This document shows positions 1 to 9,933 of a stretch of DNA of 64,000 bases, piece after piece; position 1 is the stretch's first letter; every line of letters begins with the position of its first letter. Both the position numbers and the translations under genes were made by a program. The stretch is taken from NCBI GenBank assembly GCA_043228905.1, contig JBHGNT010000001.1, positions 24,614,001 to 24,678,000 of the forward strand, read 5' to 3'. Below the pieces are notes generated by a model. It saw only the letters and a program-made list of their open reading frames with translations. It had not been told where the DNA came from and ran no database searches. The stretch is from Azolla caroliniana (Eukaryota; Plantae; Polypodiophyta).

Positions 1-485
1 CTAGATGAAGAAGCTCGCAGAAAGGACCGGGAGTTTGGAACCGATTCAAAGGCCTTGGTTACGGAAGATGACCACAACCGGGGAAGAGGCCGGTATCGAA
101 GTCCCCAAAACTGGGACAAATTGGGGATGAGGTCGAAGTCGAGAGGAAGGCCCACGTGCTTCTATTGCGGGAAGTCAGGGCACTTTCAAAAGATTTGCCA
201 ACATTTCTGAAAGGAAAAAGGGGGAGCTGATGGTATGCAACCGGAAAAAAATTTGGAAAACAGGAACACCTCGGCGATTGTGACAAGTGAAGAGGAGTTG
301 TTGCTCATTAGCAAGTAGAACAAAGTGAACCTTGTCGGCGATGGATCGACATGGGTGGTCAATTCGGGTGCGTCATTTCACCTAACCTCGGACCGAAAAT
401 GCTTCTCATCGTACAGGGCCGATGATCTCGGATCCGTAAAGATGGGAAATGAAGGAGCATGCCAAATAGTTGGCATTGGAGACGT

Positions 486-1202
486 TGTCGTGAAGAAAAC
501 CGCCCACAAGAGGAATCGGAGGAACAAGGCGTGGGAAACGGCTCTACACACACACGCGCGCCAAGAAGTACCTAAGGACGAAGTAGGTACATACGAGGAT
601 CCTAGGTGGGTAGATTCGGTTGGTATGCAGTTAATGCCAAACGGCCTCTTGACGGGCTATAAAAGGAAGAGGAAGAATAGAAGTGGGGCATCTCCCACGG
701 AGAGGACGAAGTGCTGCCGAACCGATTTCGGAGCTTCTCTCTCACTCCTGCTCTCTCTGTCTTCTGCTCCATCGCGTACCTGTGCAGGTTTCGAGGAGGC
801 TTGCGCTGTTCCGTGGAACGCCCCGAGTGCGTCCTGCAGCACCTCCGACCTGTTTTCCCTTTCTGTGCGTCGCGACATACAGGGGTCGGCAGCTGTTCGC
901 CGCCCTGTTCGTTTTCGTTAGTATCTATTTTGTGCCCCACCGTGGGTTGTAATACTTTAGTCTGTTATTTTCTTGCATTCATAAGTACATATCTCTCGTT
1001 GTTGCGTCCATCTGCGTCGGCGTTTATTTGGGATCTCTGTTTGTTGGGCCGTGTCCCTGTGCAATCGTCGGTTCTGCGCTATCGGATCTTCGGTTCTGTG
1101 TAATCGGGTCTCTCTCTCTTTCTTCTCTCTCTCTTGCTCTTCGGTTCGAGACCCCCGTGGTCCCTCCTCCTTTCTACACGCAAGGGCGTAGTAACCTCGA
1201 CA
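486..1202 (+). repeat. 5' LTR of Gypsy 1
   Basis: TGTCGTGAAG...CCTCGACA; direct repeat of 6933-7649; TATAAAA near 658. Confidence 0.97.
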
Positions 1203-1205
1203 TCT

Positions 1206-1222
1206 TGGTGAACCCGACGTGA
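1206..1222 (+). promoter_or_regulatory. Primer-binding site complementary to the tRNA-Trp 3' end
   Basis: TGGTGAACCCGACGTGA, 3 nt after the LTR; reverse complement of TCACGTCGGGTTCACCA (plant cytosolic tRNA-Trp 3' end, from recall). Confidence 0.85.
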
Positions 1223-1245
1223 AAGAGGCGGCAGAAGAGTGGGAA

Positions 1246-3372
1246 ATGAAGGGGGCGGATCTTGCAGAGGCCATGGCTTCGGCCGTGGATCGGATAGTAA
1301 GCGCGCGCGAGGGCACCGGCGCCCTCGATAGAGCTATTGAGGCGGTCGTCGGAACGATCGGTCGATTCACCGGAAAAGATGCCACGAAGTACCTGGCGTC
1401 CTACGGTGCGGAAATGTTAATGCGGGACATTCCGGAAGACAGGCGTCTGGCCGGTTTTCCCCGAGTGGCGATGCCGAGCATCCACGCGGAGGTGCTCGAG
1501 GTGCGGGCGGAGAGCCGTACCTGGGAGGAGTTCGAAGGTCGGCTCCTGGAAAAATACGGACTGGACGACGCGCTCCGGCTTTCGAAGCGAAGCTTCATGG
1601 AGTGGGTGGAGTCTCCCGGGAAAGGAAGGAATGCGTCGGCACTCCTCCGGGAGTTCGAGGAGAACTTCGCGCGCCTTTCGGCGCTTGACAGGATGGTCCT
1701 GGATACAAGCCGGGTCCTGCTGTTCGTCAAATCGGTTGACGAGAGGGATCGGAGTCACGTGGGCGCCCTGCTAGAAACCGAAGATGGGCTGATAGCCGAC
1801 TGGGCGGCGGTCAAGAGAGCCTGCGGCCGTTTCGACAAACGGCGAGAATGGGAGGATGACAGAGCAACCGGGTCGGGCTCAGTCGCGGCGAGGAAACTCG
1901 AGCCGGCGCAGCCGGTGCGAAGGGAAGAGACTCGGGAGTGGCTGGAATCCGGTTCGGCTCCGACCGGCGTGATCGGAGGCTCGACTGGGGGAGCTGCGTT
2001 GGAGGAACTGACGAGGGCGATAAAAGACCTCCAAATCGCACAAGCCCGCAGAGAAGGCGGAGGACCTGCTCGTGACCGACGGCCGGCGGCAGGGAACAGG
2101 TGCATGTGGTGCGACGGGGTCGGCCACATCCGAAAAGACTGCGGCGATTTCGCAGAGGCGCTGAGGAACCGGGTGGTGTACCTATGGGAAGGCCGGGTTC
2201 ACGCCAACGACACGAGAAGGGCCCTAAACCGAAACGACGGGCGAGGCGGAATGAAGAGGTTGATGGAAGAGGCGGCGGCCCGACATGCGGAAACCGTCCA
2301 CTACTCGGCGTCGGCCGGTATTCGAGTCGGGGGCGGCGAGGCCCGAAAGGAAAGCAAAGCCGGATTCTGGCCGACGATGCTGGAAGGCCTTGCCGGTGCA
2401 GGGCTTAAAAGGGAGGAATCGGACCGTGCGAAGAAACGGGTACGGGAGATGACCGGGTGGAGCGACCCGGTCGAGGAAAAGACGGGCTTCTTGGAAGCCG
2501 CTTGCAGGAACTACGAGGCTCTGGTAGAAGAGAAGCGGGTGGGGAAACCCGGGACGACCGGGCCCTCACAACGATACGAGACCCGGTCCGGGCCACGACG
2601 GGACGAAGCCGGCGGGGCCGGTACGCAAGATAAACCCCAGAAGGGCGGGTACCGTCTGGGGACGGAGATAGAAAGAAACACGGACTTACGAAAGGTCCTG
2701 GAGGAACGGATCCTCGACAGCAAGGTGGAGCTGTCGCTACGGGAGGTGCTGGGAATCGCCAAGAAGGAGTTCCACGACTCCATCGTGGACTTGGTGAAAC
2801 GGAAGAGGCTGTCAACGGAGACAGAACCGGAAAGACCGGTGGAAGTGCGGACGACGCACCTAGACGACATGGCGCTGGGAGACGAGTGGGCGGAAAGCCA
2901 CTATTCGAGACCGCACTGGGCCCGAGCGACCACGGAAACCCCGGTGAAGATCGGCGATGTCCAGGAACCGGTGATAGCTTTGGTGGACCACAGATCGGAG
3001 ATCAATTTGATGTCCATGGACTTCTATAAGAAGGGCAAATGGCCGATCAACACCAGGCACGGGTGGAAGATAAGGGCGGCGACGCGCGCCACCGAGGAAC
3101 TTCACGGGGCCTGCCCGAATGTACGGGTCAAGATCGGCGATGTCGAGATAGACCAGCACTTCTTCGTGCAGGAGTCGTCATCGCACCCCGTCATACTGGG
3201 AGAACCGTACATCACGGCGGCTCGAATGGAGACCAAGGTGCTGGACAACGGTTCGGCCTATGCGCGGGTCAAGAGCCAGGACGGGCGCCATTCGGTCCAG
3301 TTTTTGACGGTTAGGCCGAACCACGAGCGTAACCGCGACTCCCTCGGTTCCGATAACCGAGAGGATTTTTAG
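1246..3372 (+). CDS. gag: Gag-aspartic protease polyprotein of Gypsy 1
   Basis: Open frame 1219-3372, first ATG 1246. Contains RFTGKDATKYL, zinc knuckle CMWCDGVGHIRKDC and protease-like ALVDHRSEINLM...VILGEPY. Confidence 0.9.
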   Translation: MKGADLAEAMASAVDRIVSAREGTGALDRAIEAVVGTIGRFTGKDATKYLASYGAEMLMRDIPEDRRLAGFPRVAMPSIHAEVLEVRAESRTWEEFEGRLLEKYGLDDALRLSKRSFMEWVESPGKGRNASALLREFEENFARLSALDRMVLDTSRVLLFVKSVDERDRSHVGALLETEDGLIADWAAVKRACGRFDKRREWEDDRATGSGSVAARKLEPAQPVRREETREWLESGSAPTGVIGGSTGGAALEELTRAIKDLQIAQARREGGGPARDRRPAAGNRCMWCDGVGHIRKDCGDFAEALRNRVVYLWEGRVHANDTRRALNRNDGRGGMKRLMEEAAARHAETVHYSASAGIRVGGGEARKESKAGFWPTMLEGLAGAGLKREESDRAKKRVREMTGWSDPVEEKTGFLEAACRNYEALVEEKRVGKPGTTGPSQRYETRSGPRRDEAGGAGTQDKPQKGGYRLGTEIERNTDLRKVLEERILDSKVELSLREVLGIAKKEFHDSIVDLVKRKRLSTETEPERPVEVRTTHLDDMALGDEWAESHYSRPHWARATTETPVKIGDVQEPVIALVDHRSEINLMSMDFYKKGKWPINTRHGWKIRAATRATEELHGACPNVRVKIGDVEIDQHFFVQESSSHPVILGEPYITAARMETKVLDNGSAYARVKSQDGRHSVQFLTVRPNHERNRDSLGSDNREDF

Positions 3373-3428
3373 AGAGGGCTGCCAAGGCGTGGGGCCGCGA
3401 CAGTCCGGACACCCCGGGAAACCCCCAC
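3363..3428 (+). promoter_or_regulatory. Putative -1 programmed ribosomal frameshift signal (G GAT TTT plus stem/pseudoknot)
   Basis: Heptamer GGATTTT (3363-3369) lies directly before the gag TAG. The -1 frame is open from here into pol. A 6-nt spacer precedes the stem GGGCTG/CAGTCC. The same layout occurs at 50703-50768 on the minus strand. Confidence 0.75.
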
Positions 3429-6400
3429 ACCTGTACGATAAAACCGAAGAAACCTTGTACCATAGGTAGGGAATTTTTGTTCTCCGACAGCGGAGCGTGT
3501 ACGATAGTCGGCATCGGCGGCCGAGAGAAGACAAAGGCGGAGGGGAGACTTCGAGCGTGCGGAGTTCTCGGCCCGGACGAGGAAATCAACGGAGCCGTGG
3601 AGGCGGTCTCATTCGACGACACCTTGGGAATGCTGGGAAAGGTAGTCGAAGAAGGCCTTAACGAAGACCGGACGATACCGGTGTGTTCCGAGGAGATGTA
3701 CGAAGTCATCGCGGACTTCGGTCGAGGGCTCGAGTCAGTTCGGACGGCCCACGTAAGCACCAAGTACAAGACTGTGGACCGGAAGGTAAGGCCAGTCGCG
3801 GCACCCTTACCGGAGGACAGCGCGTCGAGAATCAAAGGGGTTGCATCGGACCCTAGTCTACGAGATCCGGCCTGCATAGGGCACACCTTCACCGACGAGA
3901 CGCTCCGAGAGCTCAAAATCGGTGGGGGCGGGTTCCTACTGCCGGCGGAGGAAGACCGGTTTCGGAGAATGCTCGGAAGGCGCGGGAAGGCCTTCGCATT
4001 CTCGCCGGAGGAAATCGGGTGCGTTGACCCGACGATCGTGGAGCCGATGGTGATATTCACGGTACCGCATGTACCATGGAATCTCAAGCCAATCCCGGTT
4101 CCGAGAGCTCACATCCCGAAGTTGATGGAGCTGCTGAGGCAGAAAGTTGATATGGGAATTCTCGAGCCGTCGAGCGCCCCATATTCGAATCGATGGTTTA
4201 CCGTACCGAAGAAAAACGGTTCGTTGCGCTTCATCCAGGACCTGCAGCCGGTCAATCGAGTGACCATTCGGAACGCAGGGATCGGACCGACCATAGACGA
4301 GTTCGCGGAGGCCTTCGCCGGAAGGTCAATTTACTCGGTCGGGGATCTATACTCAGGGTACGACCAGTTCCAGCTAGCCGTGGAGAGCAGAGACATTACG
4401 ACGATGCGAACTCCCCTCGGCCTAGTTCGGATGTGTACACTACCGCAAGGAGGGACCAACTCGGTGGCCCACATGGTGAATGCGATGAACAAGGTTCTGA
4501 GGGACTGTATCCCGGACATCACCATGCCGTTTCTGGACGACATCCCGATCAAGGGATGCCCGGTGGAAGAAAAGGACGAGACGATCGGGCCGGACGGATG
4601 CCGGCGATTCGTGGCGACGCACATCGACGACTGCGAGAAGGTGCTGCAAAGGCTAGAGGATGCGAGACTCACCTTCTCCGGGGAGAAGTCGGCCTTCGGG
4701 CAGTCAGAAATCATGGTGGTCGGACACCTGTGCGGACCATATGGCCGGAAACCGTCTCCGGCAAAGGTAGAAGCCATCTCCGCGATGAAGCCCGACTGCA
4801 GCTCGGTCACGGAAGTACGGAGATTCCTGGGGGCATGCGCGTTCTACCACATATGGATCCCGCATTACGCACACCTCGCGGAGCCACTGTACGGGTTGCT
4901 GAAAAAGGGGCGAAGGTTCGAATGGCTAGACGAGCACGCGGCATCGGTCCGGAAGCTGAAAGAGGCCCTTGCAGCGGCACCGGCACTCCGGAAGGCGGTA
5001 TACGGGAAGGGTACCCCGGTATTCATAACGGTGGATACCAGTCCGACCGGGATCGGATGGGTCGTGAACCAGGAAGACGAGGACGGCAATCGGTTTCCGA
5101 TCCGATTCGGCGCGAAAGTCCTCAGTGAACGGCAGCGAGGATACGCCCAGGTTAAACGCGAACTCTGGGGTATTGTTTCGGCGGTTAAGGCCGACAAAGA
5201 CTACCTGATAGGGACGGAAGTGATCATCGAGACGGATTGCCTGCCGATTCTCGGTATGGTTTCCGGATGCGCGACTCCGGACCTGGCGATGCTCAGGTGG
5301 ATAGCGTACATCAAGTCCCTGGACCCGGAAATACGACACATTTCCGGGAAAGACAACGCCATGGCCGACATGCTTTCGAGGGCGAGGTTCGACGACGAGG
5401 GCGGCATGGTTTCGGAAGACGAAGAAGTCGGCGTGGATTTCTTCGAGGCAGCATACATAACGACCGACGGGATGAGCACTCCGGCGCTTAACGAGTTCGA
5501 CGCGAGCAAGTACGACGGGGAGTGGCTGCAGATCGGCGGGTTTTTGAAGACAATGACGCCCGATGCGTCATGGACGAAGGACGAGGCCAACCGGATCCGG
5601 AAGAAAGCATATCGATTCCTTCTCCGAGATGGGCATTTGTGGAAGCACCCGAAGAAGAGGAACGGCGTCCCGCTCCGGGTGGTGGCGATGAAGGAAGAAC
5701 AGGAGGAGCTACTGGCGGCCTACCACGACAGCCCTTGGGCTGGACACCGTGGAACGTGGGCGACGTTTGAGAAGCTGAAGGGGAAGTACTGGTGGCCGGG
5801 ATTGTACCGGGACGTGCATCGGTTCGTGTCAACTTGCGAGAGTTGTCAGATGCACTCGATAGTCCGACACCGGGACGGGCTTCACCCTACGTACCCTCCG
5901 ACTATCCACTTCAAATGGATGGTAGATCTGGTGACGATGCCGATGGGGGTAGGACAGATGCGGTATCTGGTCCTAGCGCGGGAAGACCTGACGAACCAGG
6001 TGGAAGGCCGAGCCCTTCAGAACAAGACGACCGCGGCCGTGTGTCGGTTCCTGATCGAGGACGTGATATGCCGGTACGGGTGCGTCGGGAAGATCGTGGC
6101 TGATCGAGGGGAGTTGGACGCCGAGGAAGCCGCGGAGCTGTTCGATCGGCTGGGAGTCAAACTCTCGCTCACCACTGCGTACAACCCGGAGGCGAATGGA
6201 AAGGTGGAGCGCGGACACGGGCCGATCGTCAAGGCGCTGGTTCGGGCATGCGGAGGGCAAGTCGGTAACTGGCCGCGACTTCTACCTTATGCTTTGTGGG
6301 CAGACCGGACCACGCACAGTTCGGTAACCGGGTACATGCCGACGGAGCTCATGTTCGGCCAGAAGCCGATCATGCCGATTGAACGGACGATCTCCTCGTG

Positions 6401-6860
6401 GGCAACGGTCGACTGGAGGGACGAGATGAGCCGGGAGGAGTTGTTGGCCGCACGTATACGACAGCTCGAGCGGAGACCGGAGGACGTGGCACTGGCTACG
6501 GAGAAGCTCCGGGTGGCGAGGACAAAGAACAAAGCCCGGTTCGACCGAACGCACCGGGTACGACCGAAGAAAATCGACGAAGGTGACTGGGTGCTCGTCT
6601 ACGACAGCAGCCTCGACAACCAGCACCGAGCAACGCGGAAGTTCGCACGGAGATGGTTCGGGCCGTACACGGTACAGAGCGCCAACGACAACGGGACGTA
6701 TCATCTGGCGGAGCTCGACGGTACGAGAATAGCGATACCCGTGGCCGGGAAGAGGATCAAAGCTTTCAAGAAGCGGCACGACGACGAACCCGACCCGATT
6801 CTCCTGGACAGCAGCGACGACCGATCCGAGGCCGAGGAAGGGCCGGCAGGCGAAGAGTAG
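3363..6860 (+). CDS. pol: Pol (reverse transcriptase, RNase H, integrase) of Gypsy 1, in the -1 frame relative to gag
   Basis: The 1127-aa ORF 3477-6860 extends without stops back to the slippery site. RT DLYSGY/LPQG/FLDD, RNase H VDTS/ETD, integrase H-H-C-C and WMVD/IVAD/E motifs; no chromodomain. Confidence 0.93.
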   Translation, partial: GFLERAAKAWGRDSPDTPGNPHTCTIKPKKPCTIGREFLFSDSGACTIVGIGGREKTKAEGRLRACGVLGPDEEINGAVEAVSFDDTLGMLGKVVEEGLNEDRTIPVCSEEMYEVIADFGRGLESVRTAHVSTKYKTVDRKVRPVAAPLPEDSASRIKGVASDPSLRDPACIGHTFTDETLRELKIGGGGFLLPAEEDRFRRMLGRRGKAFAFSPEEIGCVDPTIVEPMVIFTVPHVPWNLKPIPVPRAHIPKLMELLRQKVDMGILEPSSAPYSNRWFTVPKKNGSLRFIQDLQPVNRVTIRNAGIGPTIDEFAEAFAGRSIYSVGDLYSGYDQFQLAVESRDITTMRTPLGLVRMCTLPQGGTNSVAHMVNAMNKVLRDCIPDITMPFLDDIPIKGCPVEEKDETIGPDGCRRFVATHIDDCEKVLQRLEDARLTFSGEKSAFGQSEIMVVGHLCGPYGRKPSPAKVEAISAMKPDCSSVTEVRRFLGACAFYHIWIPHYAHLAEPLYGLLKKGRRFEWLDEHAASVRKLKEALAAAPALRKAVYGKGTPVFITVDTSPTGIGWVVNQEDEDGNRFPIRFGAKVLSERQRGYAQVKRELWGIVSAVKADKDYLIGTEVIIETDCLPILGMVSGCATPDLAMLRWIAYIKSLDPEIRHISGKDNAMADMLSRARFDDEGGMVSEDEEVGVDFFEAAYITTDGMSTPALNEFDASKYDGEWLQIGGFLKTMTPDASWTKDEANRIRKKAYRFLLRDGHLWKHPKKRNGVPLRVVAMKEEQEELLAAYHDSPWAGHRGTWATFEKLKGKYWWPGLYRDVHRFVSTCESCQMHSIVRHRDGLHPTYPPTIHFKWMVDLVTMPMGVGQMRYLVLAREDLTNQVEGRALQNKTTAAVCRFLIEDVICRYGCVGKIVADRGELDAEEAAELFDRLGVKLSLTTAYNPEANGKVERGHGPIVKALVRACGGQVGNWPRLLPYALWADRTTHSSVTGYMPTELMFGQKPIMPIERTISSWATVDWRDEMSREELLAARIRQLERRPEDVALATEKLRVARTKNKARFDRTHRVRPKKIDEGDWVLVYDSSLDNQHRATRKFARRWFGPYTVQSANDNGTYHLAELDGTRIAIPVAGKRIKAFKKRHDDEPDPILLDSSDDRSEAEEGPAGEE

Positions 6861-6920
6861 AGGCGGGCCGGTTTTCTCCGTGCCAACTTAATTTGGCGCA
6901 TGCCGGTGGATGCGCGGTTA

Positions 6921-6932
6921 GGTGGGGGCGGA
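6921..6932 (+). promoter_or_regulatory. Polypurine tract of Gypsy 1
   Basis: GGTGGGGGCGGA immediately before the 3' LTR. Confidence 0.8.
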
Positions 6933-7649
6933 TGTCGTGAAGAAAACCGCCCACAAGAGGAATCGGAGGAACAAGGCGTGGGAAACGGCTCTACACACAC
7001 ACGCGCGCCAAGAAGTACCTAAGGACGAAGTAGGTACATACGAGGATCCTAGGTGGGTAGATTCGGTTGGTATGCAGTTAATGCCAAACGGCCTCTTGAC
7101 GGGCTATAAAAGGAAGAGGAAGAATAGAAGTGGGGCATCTCCCGCGGAGAGGACGAAGTGCTGCCGAACCGATTTCGGAGCTTCTCTCTCACTCCTGCTC
7201 TCTCTGTCTTCTGCTCCATCGCGTACCTGTGCAGGTTTCGAGGAGGCTTGCGCTGTTCCGTGGAACGCCCCGAGTGCGTCCTGCAGCACCTCCGACCTGT
7301 TTTCCCTTTCTGTGCGTCGCGACATACAGGGGTCGGCAGCTGTTCGCCGCCCTGTTCGTTTTCGTTAGTATCTATTTTGTGCCCCACCGTGGGTTGTAAT
7401 ACTTTAGTCTGTTATTTTCTTGCATTCATAAGTACATATCTCTCGTTGTTGCGTCCATCTGCGTCGGCGTTTATTTGGGATCTCTGTTTGTTGGGCCGTG
7501 TCCCTGTGCAATCGTCGGTTCTGCGCTATCGGATCTTCGGTTCTGTGTAATCGGGTCTCTCTCTCTTTCTTCTCTCTCTCTTGCTCTTCGGTTCGAGACC
7601 CCCGTGGTCCCTCCTCCTTTCTACACGCAAGGGCGTAGTAACCTCGACA
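6933..7649 (+). repeat. 3' LTR of Gypsy 1
   Basis: Direct repeat of 486-1202, followed by TSD ACGT. Confidence 0.97.
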
Positions 7650-8919
7650 ACGTGTGTTTGGTGACCTCAACTGACTACAATCTCGTGTTGAGAGATGTTC
7701 GACACGTTTCAGAGGTTCGATTGAACCTGATATCAGTCGGTCGGCTGGATGATGAAGGCTACATGAGTAGCATCCGGAATGGTGTCATGAAGTTATGCAA
7801 GGGGAGCCTAATCGTGGCTCGAGCACGGAAAACCAACACATTGTATGTAATGAATGCTCGATTATGCCGTGGGGAAGTGAATGTGGCAGCCGAAACAGTC
7901 CGTGAACTATGGCACAAGAGGTTGTGCCACATGAGCCAAAAGGGGATGCGGAAGCTTGCCGAGGATAACCTCATTCCGGAGGTGAAGAACGTGCAACGTG
8001 AGAAATGCACAGACTGCTTGGCCGGTAAGCAAAATCGAACATCCTTCCGAACAAGGCCCCCAATGAGGAAGAAAATACCGATGGAACTCGTGCATACGGA
8101 TGTATGCTACGTGGACACGAAGTTGCATAGAGGTTCACAATATTTCGTGACCTTTATAGACGACTATAGCCGGAAGCTGTGGGCTTCCGTGCTAAAGACG
8201 AAGGATCAAGTGTTATCCGTCTTCAAAGAGTTCTAAGCGAGGGCCGAGAGAGAAACCGGTCATAAGTTGAAGGCCGTCCGGGCGGACAATGGCGGAGAGT
8301 ATCACGGACCATTCAAAGAATATTGCCGAAAAGAAGGAATCTAGCTTGAATATACCGTGCCAAAAACGCCAAAGTTGAATGGGTTGGTTGAGAGAATGAA
8401 TTGGACCATAATGGAGAAAGTCTGAAGCATGGTTGCACATGCGAAATTACCGAATTGTTCTGGGCTGAGGCGATAATGACAACAACATATGTGATAAACT
8501 GATCACCCTCAGTACCCTTGGACGGTGATATTCCACAATGAGTGTGGAGCGGCAAAGACATGTCGTACCGACATTTGAGGGTGTTCAGTTGTCTTGGTTT
8601 TGTGCATGTGGCAAAGGACCAAAGGGGGAAACTAGACCCAAAATCTCGGCCGTGCATATTTCTCGGTTACGACGATGATGAGTTCGGCTATCAACTATGG
8701 GACTTAGCCAAGAAGAAGGTGATTAGAAGTCAGACATTGTCTTCATGGAAGAGAAGACAATGATTGATTGGGAGAACGAGAAAAAGTCTCCAACCACCAA
8801 ATCGAGTCGAGTCGATGCTCGGTTGGATCGTGTAGGTGACGGTTCGATCGAAATCGAACCCATACCAATCGATCGATCTAATACTTGGCAAAATTGAGAA
8901 AAACGACTGATGATCAAGG

Positions 8920-9232
8920 TGTCGAATACAAGTGTATAATGGACGTATTCACACTATCCCTTTGTATAGATCAAGTTTGGGCCATTTGTGTAATTAGCAT
9001 AAATGGTAGATGCCCTAAGTCTGTCACTATATATAGTGACCTTGTAACCTTTTTGTAAGGTTGGGTTGTATTATTGCTTTATGGAATAGAAAGAGTCGTT
9101 TTGTGTGTGTGTGTGTGTCTCTCTCTCTCTCTCTCTCTATCTCTGTGCAACGACCTAGAAACTGTCATACGCAGGTACAGAACAGAATCGAATGCTTCTT
9201 GATCTTCCGCATAGACGACCTTGTCTCCAACA
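8920..9232 (+). repeat. 5' LTR of Copia B (313 bp)
   Basis: Direct repeat of 14151-14475; contains (GT)8(CT)10. Confidence 0.95.
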
Positions 9233-9933
9233 TCTGGTATCAGAGCCTGCACAGTATTCGGTCCTTCAATCCGCTGTCGGACGTCGTCTCAGCCTGCACA
9301 GCATTCGGTTTCCTGCGTCATTCGAAGAAGAGAGAAGAAGAAGAAAAAAAAACGAGGCTTGCATCTGATCGCGTTAGATCATCTTCGCTTGGAGTAAGCC
9401 AGCCGGTTGTACTCTGTTTCTTGTGATCGTAACCGCTCGAGGTGAAATCCCCTTGTGCAACATTGACACGATCGTGCTCCACTCGGTTAAACGGCATCCG
9501 AAGAGGTCATCAAACGCTGCTCGCCGCTCATTGTAACCACTCGGTGCAGATCGGTCTCAAGACAACAACCCCAATTCGTGCTTCATCCGGCTGATCGACA
9601 TTCGAGAGGATCAGTTGGATCCGTCTCTCTCGTCGCTGCAGTCACCCGAAGCAGAATCGGTCCAGACAATCGGATTCAATAATCGGTATTTGGCATATAT
9701 ATTCGGAAGCGAACCGGGCTCACTCCGACTCGGCAACATTCGGGAAGACCAGTCGGTTCTGTCCCTCAAGTTACCGGAGTCAATTCGAGCAAGTTCAACA
9801 ATACATATATCCGAAGCCGAACCGACTCGGGTTCAAATCCGACTAGAACGATATCGGGTGAGCCAACCGGCTGCACTCCAACAAGGTTCGTAGTCAACTC
9901 CGAACCGAGCTTCGTCAACCGAAACCAAATTTG

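Larger units (their letters stand above)
486..7649 (+). mobile_element. Full-length, very young Ty3/Gypsy LTR retrotransposon (Gypsy 1; non-chromovirus, tRNA-Trp primed)
   Basis: 717-bp TG...CA LTRs with one visible mismatch (A697/G7144), PBS, PPT, gag-protease and RT-RH-INT ORFs, 4-bp TSD ACGT (482-485 / 7650-7653). Confidence 0.97.

Noticed and set aside
325-1222. ORFs crossing or inside the LTR (and their twins at 6922-7670)
   Set aside because: Chance read-through from Copia A protease into LTR sequence; duplicated only because the LTR is.
1400-6800. Many long antisense and alternate-frame ORFs in Gypsy 1 (e.g. 3311-4087 minus, 4193-5128 plus)
   Set aside because: Expected by-products of GC-rich coding DNA; they have no recognisable motifs and overlap gag/pol completely.
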